NCBI RefSeq assembly: GCF_002105155.1
Contig: NW_019029012.1
Span: forward strand, 310,001-374,000
From: Lobosporangium transversale
Lineage: Eukaryota
DNA: 64,000 nucleotides
Direction: 5' to 3'
The translations under genes and the position numbers were made by a program. How positions within the stretch are numbered: position 1 is the first letter of the stretch; every line of letters starts with the position of its first letter. This document shows, piece after piece, positions 49,680-63,210 of the stretch. A model generated the notes under the pieces. That model was not told where the DNA came from and did not search any database. It saw only the letters and a program-made list of their open reading frames with translations.

Positions 49680-51951
49680 TTATTCATCGTCTTCTTCGCA
49701 AGTGCTTGGGGTGTTAAAGTCTTCAGTACGAATACTTCCGAAGGGAGAGTTAGCGCCAACGACCTTGGCATTGGGACCCAAGCCACGCTTGGCAAAGGCC
49801 TTCCAGATATCGCAGCGGTATTTACCCTCGGTCAGGACCTTCTCAGCCTGGATGATGGCATCACGGGCCTGAATAAAGGTTGGAGTGCATGGCTGCAATT
49901 TCATGCCATCGACCACCAGCTGGAGAACCAAAGTATTAGCATACTTGGTGATGTCCTTTGTATACCAATCCTCTGTGAAGGGCAGGCGCAAATGCAAGTT
50001 CTGGTAGACTTCAAACAACATCTGAGCCCAGACCTCACCCTTAGCATGTACACCCCAGTAGCCGGGACCGTCCATCACCTTAAATGTCTCAGGGTTTGTC
50101 TTAAGGGAGGTTGAATAAGGGAAGCGGCGGATGCCCTTGTCACCGGTAGCGTACGAGCCCATGTCGAACTCGGAGTTGTAGTCATGGTGCTTCTTCTGGC
50201 GGAACATGGTAGCAAAGAAATCACCCCAACCTTCGCCCATGCCACCGGCCTCGCCCCATCCAAGACATCCAGAGTTGGCAGGACCTCCTGTCAAACGAGT
50301 CGAGATACCATGAGCGTACTCATGGATGATGATACCACTCTCAAGATCACCATCACGGGCTACCTCCGTCAAATCCCAGACATACATGCGCATCTTGCCG
50401 TGTTGACCATCAGGAGGGGTTGCGAAATTGGCGTTATTATAGCCTGATCCATCCTGAGCATTGGCGATCACAGCATCATTACCTACTCCACCACGATCAA
50501 AGTTATTCTCCTGGAAGTTGCCTGCCTTCTCTGTGAAACCATAATGATAAAAGACGTCATGGACCTGGTTATTCCAGTAGAACAGGTTGGTCACAGCTGC
50601 GTCAACATAGGTCTTGGGATCTTTCTCCAGATCGATCTTGAAGTCAAAAACTAGTTCGCCATCTTCATCAACCGTGCCCTCGGGCTTGGGGTTGTTTTGC
50701 CAGTCATTGCCATTGCGACGGTTCTCGCCCGCGTAGACGTTGTTACCAATAGTGGTGGTAAAGTTCTTGTTCTGGCCCTGGCGGTGCCAGCCAAGAGGAG
50801 ATGCAAGAGTGTTGTGAGGGTTCTTGACCAACTTGCGGTCACCGTCATTAGGATCGTTCGTGCCCATAGGATAGACATTGTAGGTGGCATCGGCTACCCA
50901 GTCAACCATCTGCAAGACCTTGCCAGTCTTGGCACTAACTTGGGAATGGAACCAGTTATCTGTGTCCTTCATCTCCACCTGGAAATCGTAGACAAGCTCG
51001 AGCTCTCCATTCTCGGTCTGGAGATAGGCTTGAGCAACAGGAACCTTACCACTGGCAGTCAATGGACAGTTTGTCAGATGGACCTCTACTTCGTCTGATG
51101 TGAGTGAGCTAGACACGACAACGTCCATTTCCTCTGGACGAGGGATCTCGACATTAAGGTGGCGTGCAAAGGAAAGAAGGGCGTCCTGAGGTGAGATTAC
51201 AGCCTCTTCGGACTCGAAGTTACGCTAAAAAAGGTCACGTGTTAAAATATAGACAGGTTAGAAATTAGGCCTAATGTGGTAAGAATCAATCACAATCCTA
51301 AAGAAAGCTTGAGAGGGAAAGGGGAAAAGGAGACGTACACACACTCCTCTCTCAGAGATAAAAAAAAAAAAAAAGATAAAGAAATTTCCATACCTCATGA
51401 GTACGACGTCCCCATCGACCAAAAGCAATCTGACGACCTTGTTCCTGGAAAGATTGAGTCTCCTTCTTGAACCAATCCTTGATAGAGAGTGGTTTATTAT
51501 ACTGGAGATTTCTGCTGTTACCCTTGTAGAATGAATCTCCATAAGAAATCACATTGCCGTTCTTGTCGACGTTGACGTTGATATCACCATTCACCACCTC
51601 TAGGCCGTTAATCACCTGGCGAAGGTAGACATGAGTGACCCCGTTATGGCCAGAAGTATAAGCATTCTTGACAATGTAATCAGAACTGGTCAGTTTCTCC
51701 TCCACAAAGTCGAGGGCGACTCTTTCGGGAGTAGCAGCATAGCCAGTGTAGAAAACCTGGTCCTCACCGCCATCACGAATACGACCAAAGAAGCTTGTCC
51801 AGGAAGATTCGGATGAGGAAGGGGTCAAGTACTCTTTATGAGAGAGGTCTGGACCGAAAGGTTGGACACGAGCACGATGAGCACCGACGGTGCTTGCAAC
51901 GGCGAGTACAGCAGCAACAAGGGAGTAGGACTGAGTCTTGGAGATCTTCAT
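49680..51951 (-). CDS. Fungalysin (peptidase M36) extracellular metalloprotease precursor, intron 51225-51393
   Basis: Signal peptide, FTP propeptide (GVTHVYLRQVINGLEVVNGDINVNV), QDGSGYNNANFATPPDG, HEYAHGISTRLTGG and MGEGWGD. Confidence 0.96.
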
Positions 51952-54399
51952 GGTTGACTGAAGTACCCTCTTTTATGATTTTTCTTTTTTTTTTGTTCTT
52001 GTCTTGAATTAAAAAGAGGAATGTCCAAGGTTTTAGATAGTAATACGAACCCAACGAAAAAAGGAATTTGAATAAGGAGAGTGGAGTGAAATGAGGAAAG
52101 TAGAGGTAAATGTGAATGTGAATGAGAAGACAAGGGATGAAGAATGTCGAAGGGGCTGTTCCTTTTTATATGGTAGCAAAGTACATTTGGTTGGATGTTG
52201 GGTAAGGTCAAGTGAGCGAGAGGAACAGGGACGGCGACTCCAAGGGGACCCTCCCTACAAATGAAGTGTGCATTATATCACACATATTATAGTTTATTGT
52301 AACAAACAAAACATCCTTTACATGCATTTACTGCACAAGTACAGCAGTTTTTATATTCCGTATGTGTTATATATATATATATACATTTATATATAATTTA
52401 TTTTGAATTTGAATTGAAATAAAAAAAAATGCTCTTACTAAAAAGAGTCATTGTCAGATGCGCTCATTCTATTGTTGCCTGGCGCGATTGGAGGACAAGC
52501 CCTGCTGCGGGCCATTTCCGTCCGTGTGACCTGACATCGATGCAGAGACGAATCAAATAGTCTTTACCTTAGTCTTTAGTCTCAAAAAAAAAAAAAAAAA
52601 AAAGAGGGGCGATGCGATGGTGGTAGTCCATATCAAAAGTAAAAAAGCCAAGCTTATCAAGGGTAGTCAAGGTTCTTGTTTTATTCAAGTGAATGTGAAT
52701 GTATTTTTGTACAGTGCATTTTCATGTAAACTGCTTACTGTCTTTTTTTCAGCCCCTGTTCTCCCCTCCGTCCCTACTCTTCTATCCCTCCATACTGTGG
52801 ACGGTTACTTCAATGGTTTGTTATTTGACCACAGCTAGGACAACATTTAGGCGATATCCACACAGCACAGGACGGTAGGCTGATGTAGGATTAAAATCTC
52901 TGTTGCACATTAGGAATTGTCGTCCCTATCTTTGTTGCACTCCTTTATCAAAGCAATCAAACGTGTTTTGAACATTTGGCCACTTGAAGGGAGAGAGAGC
53001 ACATCATCTGTTGTATACAAAAAAATGAAAAGACGCGATGGTATCCTAAATCGGATGCGATACACGCGCTTACTCCCCAAAGTGCTCTTTTTTTTTTTTT
53101 TTTTTGTTCTAATTATTCGAGGTCACGCTGTTCACATTTATTTTTACACTGCAGTTTTGTCCGGACCCAACTCAAAAAATAACAACAATAGTCTGGCTCT
53201 ATCAATATTTATTCTAGTAAGGCAGAAAATAAGGTAAGAAGAGAGAAGAAAGATCATGAAGATGATCATATGAGCCGTAAAGATGGCTCCAGTGTGACGG
53301 GTACCAACCATTCTGTGGAACAAGGGGCTGATTTTTTTTTTTTAGTAAATTTATGTGAATGAATTTATGCAAGCACAGACAATCGACCTGGACAAAATAT
53401 AGAACACACGATCCTTTGAAGATACATCTGAAGGGATATCTATACCAAGGCACACAAGCATATATTAACACAATAGGAGGGACAGACAACCTGCAGCCAC
53501 CATTTTCCTTCATTCCCATGTCCTCTAGCTGGATGTCTATACTGATTTGTTACGTCCCTAAAGTCTTTTTTTTTTTTTTTTTTTTTTTTTTCATTCCTGT
53601 GGAAATAGAAGGAATGAAGATATCCTAACATCTAATTTATTCTCTCCCTCTCTCCCTATATCCTTCTTTCTCTGAAGAAACACGCTTCTGGGAACAACAG
53701 CAATATAGTTCATCATCACCAAGTTAATCCGAGTCGAAACAAGGAAATAGATCATAGGGGACATATTGTTTATATGTTCTGGCGAAGTTTTTAACCAATT
53801 CTTCAGCCACAACAATTAATTTGGTCTTTGCTACAGATTCTGTCAGATCAAGATCATCTTTCCCATGTGGTTGGCTCGATATCATCTAGCGCACTATTTA
53901 TATTTTGTTAATAGCATCATCGCCATCCCTGCCAACAACAAGAATAGCAGCAGCGGTAGCAGCAACAGGATTTGAATATTCATTTCGGCACAACTATCCT
54001 TTAGATCCCTGGATATGCTGATCGATCTATAACCTTAAACAACACATCTATGCCTTCAATACTCGCGAGGTAATGATGACTTAACCGATTATGAGATGGT
54101 CGTACCTTTCTGGTCCATGATAGATTTATGAATAAAAGTGACTTTATCGGATCAGTGAGTAAAGTTTTTCAACATACGATCTCCAATCGGTGCTTACAGC
54201 GACGACTTGGATCTGAAAGAAGACAAAAAGACCGGCCGGACAGAGCAATATTAGCCCAACCATCGCGACAATCATCGTCATCATCATCATCATCATTGTT
54301 AACAGCCTCACTGCCAATGACATAATCACCAGAGGACGGAGAGAAGGAAGCTGGTGCCCCTGAAAGGACTGTTAATTCAGAGCGTCATCATCGTCAGGA

Positions 54400-54434
<35 letters not shown>

Positions 54435-55577
54435 ACACGATCCGCAACGCATTTATTGGTTCAAGACCGCCACTTCCAGCGCCAATTTTGCCTCCTCAGC
54501 TTTCTGCCTTCACCATCACCACTATCGCCATTAGTTACAGCACTCATACTATTACCACTGTCTTCGTTATGTTATCATCAAGAACAATTTGAGGAGTCTC
54601 TGGGTCGATCCATTCACAAGTATGTGATATCTCATGGTGACAGTAAAGATTTTGATAACGCTGTCTACTGCTGTGTCACACAGCAATATTCATTTTTACG
54701 GAGCCAAGCACAGACTACGTTGAGGCGATGCTAAGATCAGATCTCGTTTCATAAATACGATGAGGCTTGCTTCAATCCCTATTCACGAGATAAGGCTACT
54801 TTTTACGCCTTTATTTAGTTTGAGGTGACATTTTGTTTTCTTTGACAGTGCTTTAGAAAGGATCTCAGACTCTAATAGCTCAACATGTCCTGAAGAGGTG
54901 CGTCTGTGTCTACGTCTGCGTCTGCACCTGCGCCATCTCTCTCTTTTCCTTTCAACTAAAACGTTCTTTTTATTACAACACACAAACGTACACGTCCTAT
55001 CCATGTTATTATGGGTCTGTTGATTTATTTGGCTTTGACCGGAAGGTGCTTCAGGCTAAAAGTAAAATAAAATAACCATGTCATGGAGGAAGAAGGAGAG
55101 GAGGAGGAGGTCTGCCCACGTTGATGAGTAAATTCAGAGGCGGGCATGGTTCTAAGCATGGATTGGGGGAAGAGATGCCCTAAGAAATGAGTTTTCGAAT
55201 AGAAAGTTCTCATCATCACCCTCGATTTGGGTTTTCGCCGCTTTTACTATAAACTATCAAACAAGAGAAGTAGATCTAGGAAGTTCAGGTTTTTAAAGGT
55301 GGTTATTTTATCGCTAGGCCCTATTTCATTTATCCAATCTATGAGATTCTATAACCCATTGAGCGAGAATGCTCGTAAAATGATCATCACCACACCTTTT
55401 TTTTTTTTTTTTTTTTTTTTTGAAGAATCAATAAGGTTAACCAACAATTCCTAATTAAGGTTCTGTGCGCAGCACTTTCTGACTAACCCATTCGCCTTCC
55501 ACCCTTTGCAGCTTTTAAATCTTTTTTTTTTTTTTTTTTTTTTTATCTTTCTTCTATTCAGCACTCAATTATACCAA

Positions 55578-58343
55578 ATGTCGGACGAAATTACACTCAT
55601 TTGCATTCTCGCTGGAGAGTCTACAGCATTCCCTGTGGACATCAATCCCCAGAAGACTATCGGCCATCTCAAGGATGCAATCAAGGAGGAAAAGTCTAGA
55701 TTAGGCGATATTGCCGCAAATCAGCTCAATCTTTACCATGTTTGAATCCCTTCTGTACCGAAAAGACAAATCACACTCAACAATCTGACTATCGAGGAGA
55801 GATCAAAGGAGCCAGAGGAGTTAGACGACTTGACTAGTGAGATTTCTGAAGGTTTTGGAACGGCACCACCAAAGAAAACCATTCACGCCATTATTCAGCG
55901 ACCATCGGCAGGTAAGGGGTCAGCTGATATACTCTCTCTGTTCTAAAAGTTTGTGCATGACATCATTGATCAATCATTTTTGCCACCACTTGGTGTGCTT
56001 GGGATTATTCAAATGCGTTTGTTGTGCATTGAGCATTCTAACGGCATTTCTTTATATCATTGCTACACTTACCTTGGTGTAATTCCTCCTATGTTGGCCT
56101 CAGGTAATAAGATATTGGGTGCAAAAGGCGGCAGGAAATTGAGCAGGAGTGAATGGATTGTTTAAATATTCATTCCGCGAATGTACTTCTCCTTAGCTAA
56201 GATAAGGATCGACTCAGTATCAGTACAACACCAGGTTACTCACCCGATTTTTCGACATGAGTTCTACAATCGCAAGGAGCTTACCGAAGAGTTGATTGAC
56301 GCCGCCGCCACATGCAACTACAGAAGTCGTGGCGTGATTTCACAAGCAAATCATACGATGGTTCTGATTCCAGGTGTCGGGATAGGGAAATCGTGTGCTG
56401 GTTGGGAATCACGTCGCTTGTTACATCGTGCAAAAAAAATGGGGTATTGTTCCCAGCTTAAATGACGACTTACAGAATGCTCTCGAAAACCTCATTTATC
56501 TGTATGTTGGTTTCAGTAATGAATGTCAATACAACCATCGACTTGATAAACATCAACCTCCATTAATAAGATTGGAATTTGTGTGGCGTTTGTAGCTGGT
56601 CTGTTCGAAGGATCAATGAATCTCAATCTGGATAAGCTTACCGTTGAAGGCTTCAATATCGATATTGATCGAGTGATCAAGATTCTCGAGTTACACTCAC
56701 TAGAGCACGGCCATGCTCTTAAGGCGATTATAATCCACATGGATGAATACCAGCTCTATATTGACTGTCTCCAACAATACAATCATTGGAGCTGGAGCAT
56801 GGCCCGCAATGAGCTCAAACAAATGTTGAAACAGATCGGGAATGTGATGCGCAAGGTTCAAAGCGACCACCAGCTCCTCATCCCCCCAATATGTACTGGG
56901 ACGTCTGCGCAGGACATGCATTTTTTGGCTACGGAATATGGAAAAGTAATGATTCCACTCGAACCACTGGATCTTACTACTGCAAAGTCCATGTTTTGTG
57001 ATAAATTCCAATACAACTGCGACAAAGTAATGATGACTGAGAGAAACTCTCGTACTGTAGAGAGCCTTGAGAAATTGAATCCTGGAATACCATATGCGAC
57101 CTTTTCTTCAGATGTAGTTCTTCAGCATTCCAAAGGCCTATGCGACTATGTGTGGAATCAGCCTCATTTTAAAATATCTTTAGCTGACACTGGATACATT
57201 CCTGGATTTATCGATTTTCTCCTATCAGTGGATTATCTCTTAACGATCTATGACTGGGAGAAGGTATTATTACACCACGTGTATAAAGTATATATGCCCA
57301 TAAAAATCGGAAGCAGCCCAGGGTGTTGGAGATCTGAATGAGAAATCCGCACCGTTGTCTCCTTGGCGACTACATCCCAGGCTGTTGAGCGGGAATTCAA
57401 GTTATCAAGAGGAAGAACCATCGGGGATGGTGAACGAGATGGTATCACTCACCTAAGGCAGGATACAAGGGATGAAAATCTCAATTGTGTCACTGTGCCC
57501 TTCATTTATTTGCAGGTCCTTAATAGATTACTCTCGCCTTCTATCCTGCCAGCTGATGCCCTTTCACCGCCAACAGCAGACCGAAAAAATCACTGGCAAG
57601 AATATGAGAGTCTCCATGGTTATTATCAGATGGCTCTTGTAAACGCATTGATTGATGTCAGGCAAGCAGAAGCAGAGACTGGTAGTCACTTATAGGATAC
57701 TGTAGGCAATGCTCGACCCCTGAATATATCACCACAAAATTGGCAGTACCTCTCAGACGTATTTCGTGGAGCAAAAGGGGATAAAAGTCTTCAAAGAAAG
57801 ATACAGCTTCGCAAGCTTGATGTCTTTGTCGAGAAGAACAAGTCCCTTGAACTATCAACAAGTGTTGCAGAATTCGAGACGTCTGTTGTATACCAGGACC
57901 ATATTTCTCGGGAGTTGTATGATGGTATTTCCACTGTGCAGAGGGATGTGCCAATATTGACCACCGCTGGGCCATTAAAGTCTACAACCCGCCATCTGAC
58001 AAAGAGAGAATGACAATGGAAGAAAAACCAATAGCCATTTTTATGTATTCTGGTTTCGGAACAGCCGACAACACCTTCAGTAAAGGTGAAATCAAGACAT
58101 GGTATGATATAACACTCAAATCAGTCAGGAACTACTCGGTACATTTTACTGTGGCTCTTGTTTTCCTCACTGTGCGAAGAATAACAAGCCAAACACATCT
58201 GGACTTGACTGGTATGCCACAGCTGCTTCTCATTGATGGGGAGTTGCATGGAAGAGTACTTCTCACCAACGGTTGCTAGAAGAGGCATTATGAAGCTCAA
58301 GGAACTAGAGCTGATGGAGGTTTCACGATTTACAACCAACTGA
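55578..58343 (+). pseudogene. Crinkler (CRN)-type effector pseudogene: ubiquitin-like header, P-loop NTPase and putative nuclease-like C-terminus
   Basis: ITLICILAGESTAFPVDI..TIGHLKDAIK..LNLYHV and TIHAIIQRP header motifs; GIGKS (Walker A-like) and IIIHMDEYQ (Walker B-like). Stops at 55743, 57339 and 57693 plus several frameshifts. Confidence 0.85.
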
Positions 58344-59293
58344 GCCCCAAGGCCTAGAAACAACAGAATCTGACGATCAAGAGTCAATGGATATAGCATA
58401 GATTAAACTGTTATTGGGTTGTAAATTTTTTTTTTTAGAACCTTGTCCAAGAAATAAAAATAAGAAATCAACAGCTGCTCGGATGGATGTCATCCGATGA
58501 CTTGAACTGAAGTAATGGTAAATGGTAGCAGTGTCGTGAGTAGGTTTGCAGGTCAGTTTTAAAGGACATCGATCGACATTGTCTTCGAAGAGGACAGGTT
58601 TGGAACATGCACTTTTTGATATGATAATTGGATTGTAAGTGCTAAGGAGCCAAGTGATGCTAATACTATAACGGTTGCCAATGTCTTGGACTAATATTGC
58701 AAGAAAATAAGCTTTACATGTGCCTCTTTTTTCTTTTTTTTCTTTTTTCTTTACAAAACGAGCATGATACAATTTTTTTTTTTTTTTTTTTGACTCCGTC
58801 AGGGTCTATGACGTGCCGAAAAGGAGAGGAGAGGAGCAGCTGTTTAATAGACTGCATGTCATGACTCTATCAATTGGAGATTGTTGATTCTCTACGCAGC
58901 ACGCAGCGCTTCGGCTGTCGGGCAGACGGATGGACAGATGGACGGAGTCCATGTAATATAATATAATAAATATGAGCCATTATCTAACCTTAACTTTTTT
59001 TTTTTTTTTTTTTTTAGAGTAAAAGAGACTTTATATTTGTACATATACTACCTCTTACCTGAGCCATAGACAAAGGTTTCGATTCTTCCATCTGTGGTGA
59101 AATTCAACCAAGTCTGAATAGGCGCAGTAAAAAAAAAAAAAAAAAAGCATCAAGGAACAAAGAACATGAAGAAATAAATGCAAAGGGGTGCTCTCATGCA
59201 CGGATGAATTTCGATCATGGAAAACAAGATAAGAATGTCGATCAGACGGAAAGCGGCGCTGAAAAAGAAGGTTGTTGCAGGATAGCCTCATCA

Positions 59294-59335
59294 TGCCTTT
59301 GCCTTTGCCTTTGCCTTTGCCTTTGCCTTTGCCTT
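59294..59335. repeat. (TGCCTT)7 microsatellite
   Basis: Read directly. Confidence 0.9.
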
Positions 59336-59856
59336 GTCTCGCCTCGCCCATTCTATTAGACTTTTAGGGACTTTAAAAAAAAAAATAAAAAAAAAAAAAA
59401 AAAGGCCAAATATTTGTTTGATAGCGTGGCTATTCTCTTTGTTGGGTGATCTGTTGTACAAAAATAAAGAGCCAATATGTACAGACATATAAAATATAGT
59501 CTATGGATATTATACAAGGAGTTATATTTTTATACAAGTATCATTAGTAACCACGCGCTTTCCATTCATTTTTAAACTTCCGCAGATGGACACACAAATG
59601 TAAAGTGTAAAAATGTGGAAAAGGAGAGACAGACGAAAGGCGGGAAAGATAAAAACAACAGAAAAAAAAGGATGAGGAAAGGTAGGAATGGTTATGATGA
59701 TGACGAATGTTTTGTATTCGGTTCCTGAATGGGAGGAGAATGAACCACAATAATATTCGTGTAAATATGAAGATGTATATATATATCAATCAGGAACCAA
59801 AAATAAATAAATAAATAAATAAATAAATAAACAATCACCAAGTCAGAAACCTCCCA

Positions 59857-59889
59857 CAAGGACAAGGACAAGGACAAGGACAAGGACAA
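59857..59889. repeat. (CAAGGA)5 microsatellite next to an (AAAT)n tract
   Basis: Read directly. Confidence 0.85.
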
Positions 59890-60965
59890 CAATAGTGGCA
59901 GAAATGGTAATAGCAATTGTGCAATAGTCATTGATGGGATGCGAGCGTGACCCTTGTTTTGTGTGTGTATAGATGTGTTTGTGCGGCTCATTCCAACACA
60001 GAGGGAGGAAGAAAGAAGCGCGCACAAGAGACAAAGAGGGAGGTGGCAACTGAGCGTGGTACGAAATGACAATCAGGGCAAAAAAGATGTCATTTCCATT
60101 CCATCCACTGCATTCACTGCATACACACACACATTGAGCAATTCCCGATTCTAATGCAGCCAAACGCTTCGCCTTGATCACCGGATCTAATTCTATATCT
60201 GTTACATCCCTTTTGTCCCCCCAGCAATGGCATCAAGTTGACAGTGGTTTCGACCCTTGACTTCTATAGCGACTGGGAAAATAATAAAAAATGAAAAATA
60301 AACAAACAAACAGCAACAACAACAAAACAATGCTGTAGTGGAATATATTAGACACATTCAAGCAGACAAGCGTAGACTTTTTTAATGTTCACACATATCC
60401 ACATCATTTCATTTAGCATCGGCATTGTCCTCTCATCTTGGACACTAACCTTCTGTCCTTTCGGCTTATTAACCTTCGTTCAACCTTATCCCGAGGAGAT
60501 ATAAAAGCTCGTCCATTTCCGCCATGACAAATCAACTCTTTTCAATCTCACCATCATCTCCACATTCACACAAACACACACACACACACACACAGGCACA
60601 TTAATACACACACATATATACATATATGATACACGCTTAAATCTATATATACACAAGCCTTCCCCCACATAGCACAAGCAAATCAATACTGCATCTCTTC
60701 AAAGGCATCACGTCTTTTTATCCTGCTTATATATTTTAATCTTTCTTGAACAAACATTTGTATTTGTTATCTTCTCTTCTCTCTCCATCGCTTCAATATC
60801 CCTGATCAAGTCTCGGTTTATTGCCAGGTAAGAGAAAGTGGTCAATGTCAATGTCAATGTCACTTCTTGAATAATTGACAGCCAACTCACCAACGTTTCC
60901 TTTGTCTTTTGTTTTAAGTTTCAATACATTCCACAAGATAAAAAAAAATAAAATAAAAAAAAAAA

Positions 60966-61427
60966 ATGGCTGCACCAGTTGCAAACGGACGATCTTTTGA
61001 GGAAGGTTCGAATGCCAAGAGTAATGAAAAGAACCAGACTAGTTCAAGTCAATCAAGTGGCCAGAATGGACAGCAACAACAACAGCAACAACAACAACAA
61101 CAGAATTCTGGTTCAGATCAAGAGCTTGAAGATGAGCGACCAGAATTGGATGATTATGTGAATGGGTTTTATGATGGTAAGTTTCCTGTTTCCTGTTATT
61201 GTGTAAATGTCAATTTTTTTTTTTTTGCTGCTTGGTTGCTGCTACATTGCATTAGTATGGTAGCCCTTGATGATTGGCTGATTGAGGTGTGTGTGAATGT
61301 TGATGTGTGTGTGTGGACATGTGTGCTGTGAGCAGCTCTCATAATAATTTTTTATTTTTTATTTTATTTTATTTTTTATTTTACTTTTTATTTTACTTTC
61401 CTCTGGACATTTCTTTGGGCAGACGAG

Positions 61428-61463
<36 letters not shown>

Positions 61464-61574
61464 AACCCCTGGGCCATGACGCTAATGCACGAATCGCGAT
61501 TTTTTTTTTTTTATTATAATTATTTTCCTATAGGAGACAAGTTTACAGACGTCGATAGTCGTGTTTGGGTCTAG
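60966..61574 (+). CDS. Small hypothetical polyQ/acidic protein, 83 aa, exons 60966-61176 and 61534-61574
   Basis: AAAATGG start context, G|GTAAGT donor and CCTATAG acceptor give in-frame ...DYVNGFYDGDKFTDVDSRVWV*. Confidence 0.6.
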
Positions 61575-62686
61575 ATTCCAACCAGTTTGGGCGCAAAAAA
61601 AAAAAAAAAAAAAAAAAGTTCTGTTGGATTATTCAAGCTTAATGCCAAAGTAAAAGTTTGTCCAACAGTAATTGATAAACAAAGTGTATATACCCTTCTC
61701 GATACTCTTATAGTCCTCCAGATAGGATAGATTATAAAAGCGCGTTTATTTTATTTTATTTTTCCTTTTCCATAGAATTTATCTACTTATTTTAGTTACT
61801 TTTTACTTACTTGGTTATCTATTTACAAATAAATAAATAAAAAAAACAAACAGCTGTATACGATGCAACATCTATAACATTGACAAGTGTGTCATTAATT
61901 ATTAATATAGCACATTATCCTGTCTTTAATGTCATGCAAGGCGAAGTAAGGAGGTGGAAAGACAAAAGGAAAAAAATAATCGCTTAAACTCGTCATGTTG
62001 CTTACATTTTCAGTTTTGCCGACAAAGACTTAGCGTAATATAAAATAAAAAGTAGCAGAGTGATTTCTAATCCGGAAAGCTAATTAAAGATCTTTTTCTT
62101 TTCCTTTAGGCGTTTTTCTTTTTTTTTTTTTTTTTTTTTTTTTGGGCTTTTGGGATCATCTAAACGGCCATTTACTTTTTTTGTATTAACCAGGAGACCA
62201 TGGACATGACGCTTTCTATGCCGCTCATCAATGTTATTATTAATGTTGTGAAGCCACTTGAGGAAGTGGCGCATTTTTTTATTTATTTTTTTTTATTATT
62301 GCATAATGTTTATCTGATTCTTGTTCTAGACTTTTTTCCTTCCTTCCTTCTTTCATTGTTCAGCAAAAAGCCTGTTTCAATTGTAGACTGCATTAAAAAA
62401 AAAAAGTAAAAAAAAAAAAGAAAAAGAGAAAAAGAGAAAATAAAAATTAATCGTTACTGTTGGTCAACAGAGCTTGATCAAGTCAGATATTGTAACCGGG
62501 TTTTTTAGATCTTGCTTTCTTAATAAAAAGGGCACATTTATCATTGCTTCGCATAAATCTATAACTTGAGAGACAAGCAGATGATTCATGTACTTGGACG
62601 CTTTATATTTTTATGTGTTTAATTTTTTACTTTTATTTTTTTCTCCTAACAAGAAAGCGTATAAACTTATTTCCGAGTGATTACCA

Positions 62687-62755
62687 GATCTGTTGGATAT
62701 GCTAGATGCTTGATATGCTAGATTTGTTAGATGTGCTAGATGTGCCAGAAATGCA
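62687..62755. repeat. Degenerate 9-bp tandem repeat (consensus GATRTGCTA)
   Basis: GATATGCTA, GATTTGTTA, GATGTGCTA and GATGTGCCA in tandem. Confidence 0.6.
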
Positions 62756-63210
62756 GAAGAGAATGAGACGCGTCATAGTGTCACAAAAAGTGGTCTTTGC
62801 TCATCAAAAAAAAAAAAAAAAAAAAAAGTTTCATTTCAATGGACGAGGACGGTTCTCGCGGAAATTAAAAACAGACGCGTATGCGAAATGTGTATCCATT
62901 CATCCATCATTGATCGACTGGTAAAGAGTCAAAGCAAAACTCTTGGCCCTGTATACAATGCGTACCTTATACAAATATGTGCTCTATACTGCCCATACAC
63001 ATCCTATCATTCTCAATGAGAGGTCAATGGTCAATGGTCGGTGGGGGGCAAAAATATATGGGCAAAGATTTTTTTTTTTTTTGTCAAGCACATTTCATAG
63101 GAACGGTATTTTATTACATTTCATGTCAATATTTATTTGCTTCCTCACGACCAAACGCAGACAAAGCAGACACTACCTTAATCTTTTAAATACCCCCCGC
63201 TACCTATGGT

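Noticed and set aside
59290..62760. Short tandem repeats as a CRISPR-like or telomeric array
   Set aside because: They are simple microsatellites without unique spacers, in a eukaryotic internal context with no cas genes.
146..62924. Many short ORFs containing poly-Lys or poly-Phe runs
   Set aside because: These are translations of intronic or intergenic A/T homopolymers.
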